Shown: positions 48,637 to 58,241, numbered from the stretch's first letter. The stretch: DNA of 64,000 nt from an uncultured Candidatus Saccharibacteria bacterium (GCA_964616425.1 CAZTQY010000003.1:47402-111401); one strand, 5' to 3'. Made by a program: numbers and translations. The notes: generated from the letters alone by a model not told the origin.

Positions 48637-49635
48637 ATGAAACTTAGAGCATTGTATATTTTTACTGTCATATTGGTTATCTCTGGATTTTTTTATTTTA
48701 GAAATCCAGAGCATATATTTTTCTCTAGCATAAACATTTTCCAAGAACAAAAATTTTCTATTTTGAATTTTGGTGATGTGATGTTTGATAGAGGAGTTAG
48801 GAATATTATTGAAAACAGGGGTAGAGATCCGTTTGAATACATAAAAAAGGATTTAGATTTGATAAAAAAATATGATGTTGTTATTGCAAACCTGGAGGGT
48901 CCAATAGTGGAGATGGACAGGTCTCTCTGTCAGCAGAAAGCCTATAACTTTCAGTTTGCTCCCGATACTACAGATAGACTAAAGAGCGTTGGAATAAATA
49001 TGGTAAACATAGCAAACAACCATTCATATGACTGCTTTAGTCAGGGTTTTGAAAGTACAAAAAAATATTTGCAAAAAGCTGGGATTGATTATGTTGGTGA
49101 TACAGATATCGAAAAGAGTTATGTTGTTAAAAATATAAACGGAAAGAAAATTGCATTTGTTGGCATAGACCAGACTCTCCAAGCAATACCAGTTTCTAGT
49201 TTTTATCCTTTGATAAAAAAACTTAAATTAGAAAACGACTTTGTTGTAGTTGATATACATTGGGGCACAGAGTATGAGTTGACTGAGACTCCGACCCAAA
49301 CAGCTATTGCTCACAAGCTAATAGATAGTGGTGTAGATATTATTTTCGGACATCACCCACATGTCATAGAGCCAGTTAGGATATATAACGGAAAGGCGAT
49401 TTTCTACTCACTTGGAAATTTTGTTTTTGATCAGGTTGGAGAAAATGAGAATTCTGGTATTGGTGTTGGGGCAGAGTTCCAAAGTGGGAAGATAAAGTTT
49501 GAAATAATGCCTTATAAAATAAAAATATTTGATACAGATTTTCTAAAATACACAGATAAAAATAATTTTTGTGAAAAGTTTTTAAAAGATATAAAACACA
49601 ATAGTTGTAGTTTCGAATTGACAACTGGCCGTTAA
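48637..49635 (+). CDS. CapA family metallophosphoesterase
   Basis: GDVM, NLEGP, ANNH..D, HWG.EY, GHHPHV, YSLGNFVFDQ. Confidence 0.92.
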   Translation: MKLRALYIFTVILVISGFFYFRNPEHIFFSSINIFQEQKFSILNFGDVMFDRGVRNIIENRGRDPFEYIKKDLDLIKKYDVVIANLEGPIVEMDRSLCQQKAYNFQFAPDTTDRLKSVGINMVNIANNHSYDCFSQGFESTKKYLQKAGIDYVGDTDIEKSYVVKNINGKKIAFVGIDQTLQAIPVSSFYPLIKKLKLENDFVVVDIHWGTEYELTETPTQTAIAHKLIDSGVDIIFGHHPHVIEPVRIYNGKAIFYSLGNFVFDQVGENENSGIGVGAEFQSGKIKFEIMPYKIKIFDTDFLKYTDKNNFCEKFLKDIKHNSCSFELTTGR

Positions 49636-49681
49636 AGATTTATATAAGATATAGAACAAAGTCCATGGAGGGGCGAAAACT

Positions 49682-50059
49682 ATGTCTGTAAGTAGGAGTT
49701 GGGTTGTCGAGATCGATGATTCGATGAGCATCGCAATCATCACGTCGGTAAAGCTTCGGGGTAACTTCGGAAACGGGACCAGAACTTTCTATCCGGGTCA
49801 GCGAGTCCTGCTGACCGTGGATGTCACGGCTCTCGGTCTCGTAAAGGGAGATGAGGTCGTTATTCAAAGCCTCAGCATTCCTGGCGGAGGCAGAAAGTTC
49901 ATCCAGATCGGTCCTGTGCCAAGCGGACAGAAGGTTGACATTTCTCACCTCCAAGTTGCTGAGCTTCCTCAGTCGGTGGAGCCTGCACTGCCGGATTCTG
50001 TTCCTCATGACTGCTCGGCAGTCGAGGAGCCGGAGCCGGCTGGCTACGGTCTCGTCTGA
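49682..50059 (+). CDS. Hypothetical protein (cassette)
   Basis: TTGACA inside the end of the capA-family gene, GGAGG SD, hairpin at 50076-50109. Confidence 0.72.
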   Translation: MSVSRSWVVEIDDSMSIAIITSVKLRGNFGNGTRTFYPGQRVLLTVDVTALGLVKGDEVVIQSLSIPGGGRKFIQIGPVPSGQKVDISHLQVAELPQSVEPALPDSVPHDCSAVEEPEPAGYGLV

Positions 50060-50075
50060 AGATCTTTTCTTTACG

Positions 50076-50109
50076 CCTCGCGTGTGGTTTTCACCACTCG
50101 CGAGGTTTC
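50076..50109 (+). terminator. Hairpin, repeated at 50577-50611
   Basis: cctcgcgtgtggt-tttc-accactcgcgaggtttc. Confidence 0.75.
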
Positions 50110-50168
50110 ACTTTAAAAAAATTTGACCATTGGTGGTATTAAGATTATAAATATGTGTAGGAGGAGCT

Positions 50169-50558
50169 ATGTCAAAAAGCTCAGTTTACTACTATGTCGG
50201 CTACGACAAGAGCGAGGGAGCTGAGCCAAGAGTCGAGTCGGTCTCAGTTGAGACTGCATCGCGGTCCTTGTACTTCGAGTTGTCGGGTACGATTATCTTG
50301 GAGAAATTCATCCACGGCTTGAGTCGGACTTTTTTCCCAGCTGAGAGAGCCAGTATTATGGAGCTGAAGGCTCCATGCTTTTCAAGCAGTGAAGAAGATT
50401 TGGCTTTTATCGGGGCTATGTTCGAAGGTTCCGACGAGTTGGTTTGGGTTCGACTCAGCCAGGTCAAGAAAGCGTTCACTGCGAAGAAAAGCGAAAGGAG
50501 TGAGGTTCATCCAGAAGATCTGTATGTCTACCCACCCGCTGGCTCCGAGCCGTTCTAG
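50169..50558 (+). CDS. Hypothetical protein (cassette)
   Basis: TTGACC...TATAAA, AGGAGG SD, hairpin at 50577-50611. Confidence 0.72.
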   Translation: MSKSSVYYYVGYDKSEGAEPRVESVSVETASRSLYFELSGTIILEKFIHGLSRTFFPAERASIMELKAPCFSSSEEDLAFIGAMFEGSDELVWVRLSQVKKAFTAKKSERSEVHPEDLYVYPPAGSEPF

Positions 50559-50576
50559 TTCCGTCTACCCCTAGTA

Positions 50577-50611
50577 CCTCGCGTGTGGTCGTTCACCACC
50601 CGCGAGGTTTC
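50577..50611 (+). terminator. Hairpin, copy of 50076-50109
   Basis: cctcgcgtgtggt-cgttc-accacccgcgaggtttc. Confidence 0.75.
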
Positions 50612-50698
50612 TCTTTGTTAGAACTCACATAAATTTGACGCTTTTTGAAAAATTTATTGAAGTAATTGACATCAAGAACCTAATGGTATAATTGTCTT

Positions 50699-53600
50699 AT
50701 GAAAAAATTAATGTATATTTTAATCGCCGTCATTGTGCTGAACGGCTTTTTTATTACAAAAACGTATTCTTATTCTTCGTCAGATTTAAATAATAATGGA
50801 ATTCTCGATAACACTGAGTCAGAGGTAATAGTGGATACAAATCAAACACTTCCTTCAGGAGAATACATATTCAATGATTTATATATTACTAATGGCGCAA
50901 CACTGACTTTGGAAGGTAACCCGGATTCTCTAGAATCTTTTAAGGGTGTGAAAATAATTTCAAATAATTTAACTGTAGATTTTGATTCTTCAATCTCCGC
51001 AGACAAAAATGGTTACGGATATTTGTCGGGACTAGGAGCACCAACAACTTTGTATTCTGACGGTGCAAGTTACGGAGGTGCTGGTAGTGGTAACAGTACT
51101 TCCACAATATATGGTTCTTCTGAAATTCCATTGGACCTAGGTAGTGGTGGGGTATTAAATGGTGGTGGAGCAATTCAGCTTATAATCAGTAATAGTTTAA
51201 TAAATAATGGAAGCATTTCAGCCAGAGGGGATGCTTCAGGTAGTGGAGGTAGTATATATGTAAGAACTGGTAGTCTCATGGGTTCTGGTGTTTTTGACGC
51301 AGATGGGGGTAGACTTTTTGCACGCGGATATTTTTGGGGTCCTGGTGGAGGTGGTCGTGTAGCCGTGTATTATAATTCATCAAATTTTTCTGGAACAGTT
51401 TCAGCAAATGGTGGTTGTGGTAGCTATGATGGTTGGTCTATGACTTGTGCAGAAAATGGTACTGCGGGCATGTTTGACGTTCTTGGTAATGATTTATATG
51501 TTAATAAATCTTGGAGGTTTCAAAAGAACGATAGTCCAATAAATCTTAATCATATTTATCTAACACCAAATACTGAGTTAAAAACCGATGAGGATGTAAT
51601 AATAAATATTGCTACTCTATTACTTAATTCTAGATCTACTTTGAATTTATCTAAGAATGATACTGTAAATATTCCAAGTATATATTTATCTGGTGAATCA
51701 AAAATAAATCTTTCTGGAGAAGAAATTTTAAATACTAGTTTATTGGATTTGTCTGGTGGCTCAAGTGTAACTGTGGCTCAGAAAAAAGTTTTGAAACTTG
51801 AGATTCCTAAAATATCAATTTCTTTAGATTCATTTATTTCTGCTGATGAAAAGGGATATGATTATGGTACTGGACCTGGATCTTCTCCAGAATATACATC
51901 AGGGGCAAGTTATGGGGGGTTGGGCTATAACAATATACCTAGTTCAATCTATGGGTCAGATTTAGCTCCCATAGATTTTGGTAGTGCTGGTAACGGTCGT
52001 AATCCAAACGGTGGCGGTGCTATCCGTTTGATTGTATCTGATACTCTGTTAAATAATGGGAGGATATCTGCAAATGGTTCAAATACTTCAAGTGGTGGAA
52101 GTGTTTATATTACAACTAAAAAATTGGATGGAACTGGAGTTATTCAGGCGAATGGTGGCCCCTCATATTGTCCAAATATCTGCTTGGGTCCTGGTGGAGG
52201 AGGTCGTGTGGCTGTGTATTATCAAGATAATACATTTACTGGTTCAATAAAGGCTTCAGGTTATAGTGGGTACGGAGGATTTAGTGAGAATGGTACAGTT
52301 GTGTTTGAATCATCAACTCCAGAATGTGCTGTAGATTGTTTTTCAAATGTTTTATTTATTCCTGGACTCGAAGCAAGTAGGTTGTACGAAAAGAAGACTG
52401 TTCTTGGGATAGAAGTTGAAGATCAATTGTGGGAGCCGAATTTTCCAGGGGAAGTGAATAAGCTTTATTTAAATGAGAATGGCTCATCTTTAAATGAAAA
52501 TATTTATACAAAAGATATTATCAGAACTGGTAGTTTATTCGGCTTTTTTCAATTAGATATTTATAAGAGTTTTGAGGACAGTATGGGTAGTCTGGTTTTG
52601 GAGAACAAAATTAATGATTGGGAATCTTTTCCATATGATTGGAGACAGGATGTCCAGGATATTGTCGATAATGGGACAATGTATAAAGATGGTCAAGTTG
52701 TTTCAATAATAGACACTCTTCAGTCATTGGTTGATTCATCAAAAAATGGAAAAGTCACAATTATCTCTCATAGTAATGGTGGTTTGATAGCCAAGGCTTT
52801 AGTTAAAAAAATTGGTGAAATGAAGCAATCAGGTCAAAGTGATTTGATTGATCATATTGATAGGGTTATTTTAGTCGCTTCTCCTCAACTTGGTACACCA
52901 AGCGCTTTATCTGGTGTATTGCATGGTTATAAACAATCGATACCGGCAGGATTAATGACTGAAATTCAGGCACGTAATTTGGCTAAAAATATGCCGTCTG
53001 CATATGGTCTTTTGCCATCAAAAAAATATTTTGATCAGCTTGGTGTTGGATACGTTGGAATTTTCTCTTCAACTTCTCCGGGAATATATAAAAATATTTA
53101 TAGTAGTGAAATAAATAATTATGAAGAGCAAAATAATTTTATTTTGGGTGTGGAGGGTAGGTCTGAACCTAAAGAAACAGACTTGATCAATCCAATTAAA
53201 GGTAACGAACTATTGTTAGAAAAAGCGGAAAATTTGCATGATTTAATTGATCAGAATGTTTTTCCAGATTCAATTAAAGTTATAGATATAGCAGGTTGGG
53301 GTAAGGAAACTATTTCTGGTATAACATATACAGATTCTGATATACAACCAATATACACAATACGAGGAGACAAAACAGTGGTGGTCCCAAGTGCTTTGTA
53401 TGGACAAGGAACAAAGTATTGGCTGGACTTAAGTCAATCAAAATTGCAACATAATAATATTTTAGAAGATTCTCAGCTCCTAGATTTTATTGTAAGTACA
53501 TTAACTCAAAAACCTCCAGTTTTTTCTCTAGTAACAGATAGTGAGCCTCTACAAGTTGGAGATAGATTACATTTGAGTGTTCATTCTCCAGTTTCTATTG

Positions 53601-54244
53601 GTGTGCATGACGAGTATGGAAATTTTACAGGTAAAGTTTGTGATGATAGTGGCCTCTGTAATGTTATAGAGGATATACCAGGAAGTACGTATTTTGAATT
53701 TGGCGAAGGTAAATATTTAAATTTAGGTAATGGGAATATTCAAAAGATTGAATTACATGGAACAGGCGTAGGAACATTCACTTTTGATTTAGACATAGTT
53801 CATGCAGACAAAACGACTACAGACTTTAGTTTTATCGATATTCCAGTTACAAATTTATCAAAAGCAGAAGTTGTGTTAGATCAAAATAATATCCCAAACA
53901 TTAAGCTTGATGTTTCTGGAGATGGTGTTAATGATTTTGATATAGAACCATCTAATAATTTTGATCCAGTTACTTATCTTCAGATAATGAAAAGCACGAT
54001 AAATTCTCTAGATATTTCACGAAATAAAAAAGAAGAATTGAATAAAAAAATAGATAAGATAATAAAATCTATACAGAAGAACAAATTGAAGAAAATTACC
54101 GAGGCTCTAAATAAATTTAAGCAAGAGGTAAATAAGAGCATGTCTAGAGAGGACCGAGAGCATAGTAAAAAAGGGAACATATCAAAATCGGATGCACAGA
54201 TGTTGCTTGATATGTTGAACAAATTATTAGATAATTTAAGTTAA
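50699..54244 (+). CDS. Large secreted protein: two Gly-rich modules plus LCAT/lipase-like alpha/beta hydrolase
   Basis: Signal peptide; duplicated GASYGG...GGGAI...GPGGGGRVAVYY; FIPGLEASRL, FPYDWR, SHSNGG nucleophile elbow, GDKTV. Confidence 0.82.
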   Translation: MKKLMYILIAVIVLNGFFITKTYSYSSSDLNNNGILDNTESEVIVDTNQTLPSGEYIFNDLYITNGATLTLEGNPDSLESFKGVKIISNNLTVDFDSSISADKNGYGYLSGLGAPTTLYSDGASYGGAGSGNSTSTIYGSSEIPLDLGSGGVLNGGGAIQLIISNSLINNGSISARGDASGSGGSIYVRTGSLMGSGVFDADGGRLFARGYFWGPGGGGRVAVYYNSSNFSGTVSANGGCGSYDGWSMTCAENGTAGMFDVLGNDLYVNKSWRFQKNDSPINLNHIYLTPNTELKTDEDVIINIATLLLNSRSTLNLSKNDTVNIPSIYLSGESKINLSGEEILNTSLLDLSGGSSVTVAQKKVLKLEIPKISISLDSFISADEKGYDYGTGPGSSPEYTSGASYGGLGYNNIPSSIYGSDLAPIDFGSAGNGRNPNGGGAIRLIVSDTLLNNGRISANGSNTSSGGSVYITTKKLDGTGVIQANGGPSYCPNICLGPGGGGRVAVYYQDNTFTGSIKASGYSGYGGFSENGTVVFESSTPECAVDCFSNVLFIPGLEASRLYEKKTVLGIEVEDQLWEPNFPGEVNKLYLNENGSSLNENIYTKDIIRTGSLFGFFQLDIYKSFEDSMGSLVLENKINDWESFPYDWRQDVQDIVDNGTMYKDGQVVSIIDTLQSLVDSSKNGKVTIISHSNGGLIAKALVKKIGEMKQSGQSDLIDHIDRVILVASPQLGTPSALSGVLHGYKQSIPAGLMTEIQARNLAKNMPSAYGLLPSKKYFDQLGVGYVGIFSSTSPGIYKNIYSSEINNYEEQNNFILGVEGRSEPKETDLINPIKGNELLLEKAENLHDLIDQNVFPDSIKVIDIAGWGKETISGITYTDSDIQPIYTIRGDKTVVVPSALYGQGTKYWLDLSQSKLQHNNILEDSQLLDFIVSTLTQKPPVFSLVTDSEPLQVGDRLHLSVHSPVSIGVHDEYGNFTGKVCDDSGLCNVIEDIPGSTYFEFGEGKYLNLGNGNIQKIELHGTGVGTFTFDLDIVHADKTTTDFSFIDIPVTNLSKAEVVLDQNNIPNIKLDVSGDGVNDFDIEPSNNFDPVTYLQIMKSTINSLDISRNKKEELNKKIDKIIKSIQKNKLKKITEALNKFKQEVNKSMSREDREHSKKGNISKSDAQMLLDMLNKLLDNLS

Positions 54245-54245
54245 T

Positions 54246-54557
54246 ATGGTTGAAAAAATAAAAATAACTAAATGGGTGTATAGATTTTCACTAGTACTTT
54301 TTTTTGTCACACTACTTTCATTGTTTACTGAATTTACTAAGTTTGGCTACAACTTTCTCTATTTAGCGTCTTGGTTGGTTTTGTATTGTGTTTACTTGTC
54401 TCCAATTATGATTTTTTTAGTATTTATTGATTGGATATTTAGGCACGATTCAAGTTCTAAAAAAGGAATTATAGCAGTTATTATAAACGTTCTCATTCTC
54501 ATTGTTGTAGTATATTACGGTAATCATCTTTTTGATAACTTTATGTCATTAAGTTAA
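54246..54557 (+). CDS. Small three-TM membrane protein
   Basis: Three hydrophobic segments; starts 1 nt after the hydrolase stop. Confidence 0.7.
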   Translation: MVEKIKITKWVYRFSLVLFFVTLLSLFTEFTKFGYNFLYLASWLVLYCVYLSPIMIFLVFIDWIFRHDSSSKKGIIAVIINVLILIVVVYYGNHLFDNFMSLS

Positions 54558-54569
54558 TATAAATAAATC

Positions 54570-55157
54570 TTGCAAACTATCTCAAATTTCATAAAAGAAT
54601 ATCAAAAGACAATACTCTGGGGTATTTTGATTTTTGTCGCAACTGGAGCCATTGAGTATTTTTCTGGTAGATCAGTTTTTGGTCCTGATGGAATGTTTGG
54701 ATGGTGGGAGGGGGGTATTTGGAGTTCAGAAAACTCTCAACGTGTAGCAGATGTTTACACTTTTTCTCACATTATTCACGGGATGTTGTTTTACGCGTTT
54801 CTATGGTTGGTTGCTCGCAAGGTTCCAGCAAAATACAGATTTGTTTTTGCTTTGGGTATCGAGGCTGGCTGGGAACTACTAGAAAACTCGCCGATTATTA
54901 TCGACAGATACAGAGCTGTAACTGTTTCTCTGGGTTATGTTGGTGATAGTATTTTAAATTCTCTTTCAGATATTATGTTTGCGGGGTTGGGATTCTTTAT
55001 TGCAAAGTATTCAAAGTTTTGGATTTCAGTTTTGCTTATTGTCGTTATGGAACTCGGAGCTTTGTATTTTGTCAGAGACAACTTAACTTTAAATATTTTA
55101 ATGCTTGTTTACCCGGTTAAGTTTATTCAAGTTTGGCAATCAGCTGGACACGTATAA
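54570..55157 (+). CDS. DUF2585 family membrane protein
   Basis: SENSQ..AD.YTFSHIIHG, WELLENSP.II.RYR, GDSILNS, RDNLTLN. Confidence 0.85.
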   Translation: MQTISNFIKEYQKTILWGILIFVATGAIEYFSGRSVFGPDGMFGWWEGGIWSSENSQRVADVYTFSHIIHGMLFYAFLWLVARKVPAKYRFVFALGIEAGWELLENSPIIIDRYRAVTVSLGYVGDSILNSLSDIMFAGLGFFIAKYSKFWISVLLIVVMELGALYFVRDNLTLNILMLVYPVKFIQVWQSAGHV

Positions 55158-55199
55158 AACGAGTTGGCCACCCACGCATGTTGCGGGGTGGCCAGATTT

Positions 55200-55421
55200 C
55201 TAGAGGGCTATGCCTTGATGTTCCATGGACCACAATAGCAGTCCAATCAACAAGAAGAGCACGATGATGCCGAGTGTGAACGCCCGAGGATGTTTCTCGT
55301 ATAGCTGAGCGAGCTCATCCTCGATTTCTTTGTTTGTTGCGTAAGTGCCCCGGTATTCCAGATTCATGGAGCGCTCGACGTCGGTGGTTAGAGCCTCTGG
55401 GTCGGAGATCTCTTGGGTCAT
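55200..55421 (-). CDS. Small C-terminal-TM hypothetical protein (cassette)
   Basis: TTGAAA...TATGCT promoter, GAGGAGG SD before ATG 55421, hairpin tggccaccc...gggtggcca. Confidence 0.7.
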   Translation of the reverse strand: MTQEISDPEALTTDVERSMNLEYRGTYATNKEIEDELAQLYEKHPRAFTLGIIVLFLLIGLLLWSMEHQGIAL

Positions 55422-55548
55422 GCACCCTCCTCTCAAAATAGCATACAGAAGTGTAGAATTTTTTCAAATAAGGAAAGGGCCGTCACCTTTGTAAGATGAC
55501 GGCCTTGTATTGCGGATTGTGTGGTGGGGGGGTCTTGCGGGGAACTTG

Positions 55549-55719
55549 CTACTTCTGTACTTCTCGTACGACGTAGCCCGTTTCTGGGCTCCATGCGCGG
55601 ACGACGACCTTGGATTCGGGCTGGTCCTGTTTTTCCTCGACCAACTTGACCTCGTCGAGGGCCAGGAAGTGACGGGGAACCACGTGCCCGACGGAACGGC
55701 GACTCCTTAGTGACGGCAT
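55549..55719 (-). CDS. 56-aa hypothetical protein (cassette; not in ORF track)
   Basis: TTGACA-N17-TACTAT, AGGAG SD; MPSLRSRRSVGHVVPRHFLALDEVKLVEEKQDQPESKVVVRAWSPETGYVVREVQK; hairpin ggccgtca...tgacggcc. Confidence 0.68.
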   Translation of the reverse strand: MPSLRSRRSVGHVVPRHFLALDEVKLVEEKQDQPESKVVVRAWSPETGYVVREVQK

Positions 55720-55866
55720 ATTTGTCTCCTACATAAATAGTAGCACAGTATGGTATATATGTCAAGTATATTTAAATATCAATATTTTAACGTATTTTTG
55801 AATAAAAAATTTAGGAAATAAGTTTTGTGATATAATTTCTTCATTAAAATTTAATTTTTTAAAAAA

Positions 55867-56220
55867 ATGGAAGGAAATAATCAAAATCGATGTGATGTTT
55901 GTGGATCAGGATATGGTCATTGTGGTAAGTGTGGAAACATGTGCGGTTTCGGCGGACGACATATGCTTCGATGGATTTTGGGAATCATTATTATTACTTG
56001 GATTTTTTGTATTGGTATGAAAGTTGGTGAACTAAAAGCGAGTTTGGATCAGTCTTACTTTGGATATGGCCATTCTCGAGTTATGCCAATGATGTATGGT
56101 GCACAAGGCGCTACATGGTCAGGTGATCAAGGAAATGTAATGTTCACTACATCTTCAGCTCCAGCGAGTATGATGACTGGTGTGAAGAGTGGGACTATAC
56201 AAGTTATAAAATCTAACTAG
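55867..56220 (+). CDS. Hypothetical membrane protein with Cys/Gly-rich N terminus
   Basis: CDVCGSGYGHCGKC followed by one TM. Confidence 0.72.
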   Translation: MEGNNQNRCDVCGSGYGHCGKCGNMCGFGGRHMLRWILGIIIITWIFCIGMKVGELKASLDQSYFGYGHSRVMPMMYGAQGATWSGDQGNVMFTTSSAPASMMTGVKSGTIQVIKSN

Positions 56221-56230
56221 GAAAACAAAT

Positions 56231-56334
56231 AAAATGGCATCATCTGCGGTGTTGCAGTTCAAATTTTTTCGTTCACCATACGCAAAGTATGGCTCACTCT
56301 AAAATTTTCCTGCGCCTAGCATCTGAAACCATTT
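56231..56334. repeat. Structured intergenic element, family A
   Basis: tcgttca-ccatac-N5-gtatgg-ctcactc core; tgcggtgttgcag...ctgcgcctagca. Confidence 0.82.
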
Positions 56335-56361
56335 AATTAGTTTTTAAAAAACAAATAAAAT

Positions 56362-56760
56362 ATGAAAAACAGAGTCGTCCATTTTGAAATATATGCAGAT
56401 GACGTAGAACGTGCAAAGAAATTCTATGCTGATGTTTTTGGTTGGGAATTTACTGATTGGTCTGGTGTTACTGGCACTCCATACTGGGGAGTTATGACTG
56501 CTCCAATGGGAAGTGCTGAACCTGGAATAAACGGTGGACTAATGAAAAGACGAGGACCACAAGTTTCTCCAGATATTGCTGTTATAGGATATGTCTGCAC
56601 AGTTCAAGTAGAAAATATCGATGAAATAATATCAAAAGTTGAGAACGCTGGCGGTGTTGTATCGATGCCAAAATATGCTTTGGGAGATATGGCTGTGCAG
56701 GCATACTACAAAGATACTGAAGGAAATGTTTTCGGGATTCATCAGGTGATAAAGAAATAA
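56362..56760 (+). CDS. VOC/glyoxalase family protein
   Basis: VVHFEI.ADD.ERA..FY..VFGW, GINGG, DTEGNVFG. Confidence 0.92.
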   Translation: MKNRVVHFEIYADDVERAKKFYADVFGWEFTDWSGVTGTPYWGVMTAPMGSAEPGINGGLMKRRGPQVSPDIAVIGYVCTVQVENIDEIISKVENAGGVVSMPKYALGDMAVQAYYKDTEGNVFGIHQVIKK

Positions 56761-56806
56761 TTGCAAATAGTTTTTTCTTGTATAGAATAAAAAATAGAGG
56801 TGGCCG

Positions 56807-57310
56807 ATGAAGCCGTTCGCTGAGTTGTTGGGGTCTAACAAGGAAAACACCTTCAACTTTTTTCTTTACGGACTGGGTGAGGTAACCGGCAGAAAGAGTG
56901 AGAGTGATCGTGAACTGATGTATGTTACAAGTATTCTGGCACACTTTGCCGGAACACCTTGCTCCTCGAAATACAGGCCGTTTGTTACGCCCACAGATTT
57001 TCGTGTAGTGGTCGATAACTTCGTACTTGGGAGCATTGCGTTTTATGACTCCCATTGTCTTGCAGACGGAGGGGCCAAGACCCTGTTTTTGGCCGGGTTC
57101 TTCCGTAGTCAGATGGCGGGTAGGCATAACGTAAACTGGTGTGACAGTGTTGGCTCGAGTTTGTTCAGACGCGCCGCATCAGTATCCTCAAGTAGGAGAG
57201 AAGCTATCCTGTTTGAAGGTCTCTCACACAGTTTCACCTACTGGACTTTCGTTTGTTCAGAGTTGCAAAAGCATCTACACGAAAGCAGGCTTATGATCAA
57301 AAGTTTGTAA
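56807..57310 (+). CDS. Hypothetical protein (cassette)
   Basis: TTGCAA...TAGAAT promoter, GAGGTG SD, terminator aaaggggc-tgggta...taccca-tgccccttt. Confidence 0.75.
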   Translation: MKPFAELLGSNKENTFNFFLYGLGEVTGRKSESDRELMYVTSILAHFAGTPCSSKYRPFVTPTDFRVVVDNFVLGSIAFYDSHCLADGGAKTLFLAGFFRSQMAGRHNVNWCDSVGSSLFRRAASVSSSRREAILFEGLSHSFTYWTFVCSELQKHLHESRLMIKSL

Positions 57311-57361
57311 ATCGTGATTGGAAAGGGGCTGGGTATTCGTACCCATGCCCCTTTGTCGTAG

Positions 57362-57418
57362 TTATCCACATATTCTTTATTAACAATGTTGACCAGTGAA
57401 CCCTAGTTCACTTATAAT
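57362..57418 (+). promoter_or_regulatory. lexA operon promoter with SOS box and upstream DnaA box
   Basis: TTATCCACA at 57362; TTGACC-agtGAACcctaGTTCact-TATAAT. Confidence 0.8.
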
Positions 57419-57469
57419 AAAAACATAACAAATTACCAGGGTTTAGATTATAAGTTTAACTATCAAAAT

Positions 57470-57661
57470 ATGAGTAAACAAAATTTTGAAAAATCATTGA
57501 AAAAAGAGTTGAGGGTCATAAATGAAATTATAGATATGAAAATTATCCGTGGTCTGTCATATGCTAACGAAGCAAAGAGACATAAGTTTATTCTTTCTAG
57601 TCTTGCAAATATAAAGAGAGCAAATTCTAACTGGATGGTGAGGACATTTAATTTTGCCTAA
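57470..57661 (+). CDS. Small basic protein upstream of lexA
   Basis: 63-aa ORF between the SOS-box promoter and lexA, abutting lexA. Confidence 0.7.
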   Translation: MSKQNFEKSLKKELRVINEIIDMKIIRGLSYANEAKRHKFILSSLANIKRANSNWMVRTFNFA

Positions 57662-57662
57662 A

Positions 57663-58241
57663 ATGAGTAACGAAAAATATTCAACATATAGAGACCGTAT
57701 ACTTTCTTTTTATCGAAAGAACCGACGTATGCCTGGGTATAAAGAGATAATGACTCTGGTTGGTTTCAAATCAAAAAATGCAGTCTATAAACTTATCAAC
57801 AAACTAGTTGATGATGGTATTGTAGACAAAGACTCTGAAGGGCATTTAACTCCTATGAAAATTTTTGGCGAAGTTCCACTGCTTGGACTTGTTGAAGCCG
57901 GAATACCAACAACTGTGGACCAAGGTACTGACACACTGAGTTTGGAGGAATATCTGATAGGTGGTAAAAAAAGCTCCGTTTACTTGCTCGAGGTAAAAGG
58001 AGACTCCATGATTGACGAAGGAATACACGAAGGTGACTTGGTTTTGGTTGAGCGTCGTGGGGATCCAAAAGATGGAGATATAGTTATCGCTGAAGTAGAT
58101 GGTGGTTGGACAATGAAATATTTTAAAAAGAAAGGAAGTATCGTGTACCTCAAAGCCGCTAACAAAAACTATTCACCAATATATCCTCAGTATGATTTGA
58201 AAGTGGCAGCTATAGTAAAGGGTGTTATTCGTAAGTACTAA
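57663..58241 (+). CDS. lexA: LexA repressor
   Basis: N-terminal wHTH, VEAG cleavage site, GDSM serine, TMK lysine. Confidence 0.9.
   Translation: MSNEKYSTYRDRILSFYRKNRRMPGYKEIMTLVGFKSKNAVYKLINKLVDDGIVDKDSEGHLTPMKIFGEVPLLGLVEAGIPTTVDQGTDTLSLEEYLIGGKKSSVYLLEVKGDSMIDEGIHEGDLVLVERRGDPKDGDIVIAEVDGGWTMKYFKKKGSIVYLKAANKNYSPIYPQYDLKVAAIVKGVIRKY

Noticed and set aside
55510-55710. Plus-strand 66-aa ORF
   Set aside because: The minus-strand 56-aa ORF at 55549-55719 has a promoter, SD and terminator; the plus ORF has none.
5962-57355. Cassette hairpins as integron attC sites
   Set aside because: No consistent RYYYAAC/GTTRRRY ends or extrahelical bases, no integrase in the window, and the cassettes are dispersed with their own promoters; terminators are the simpler reading.
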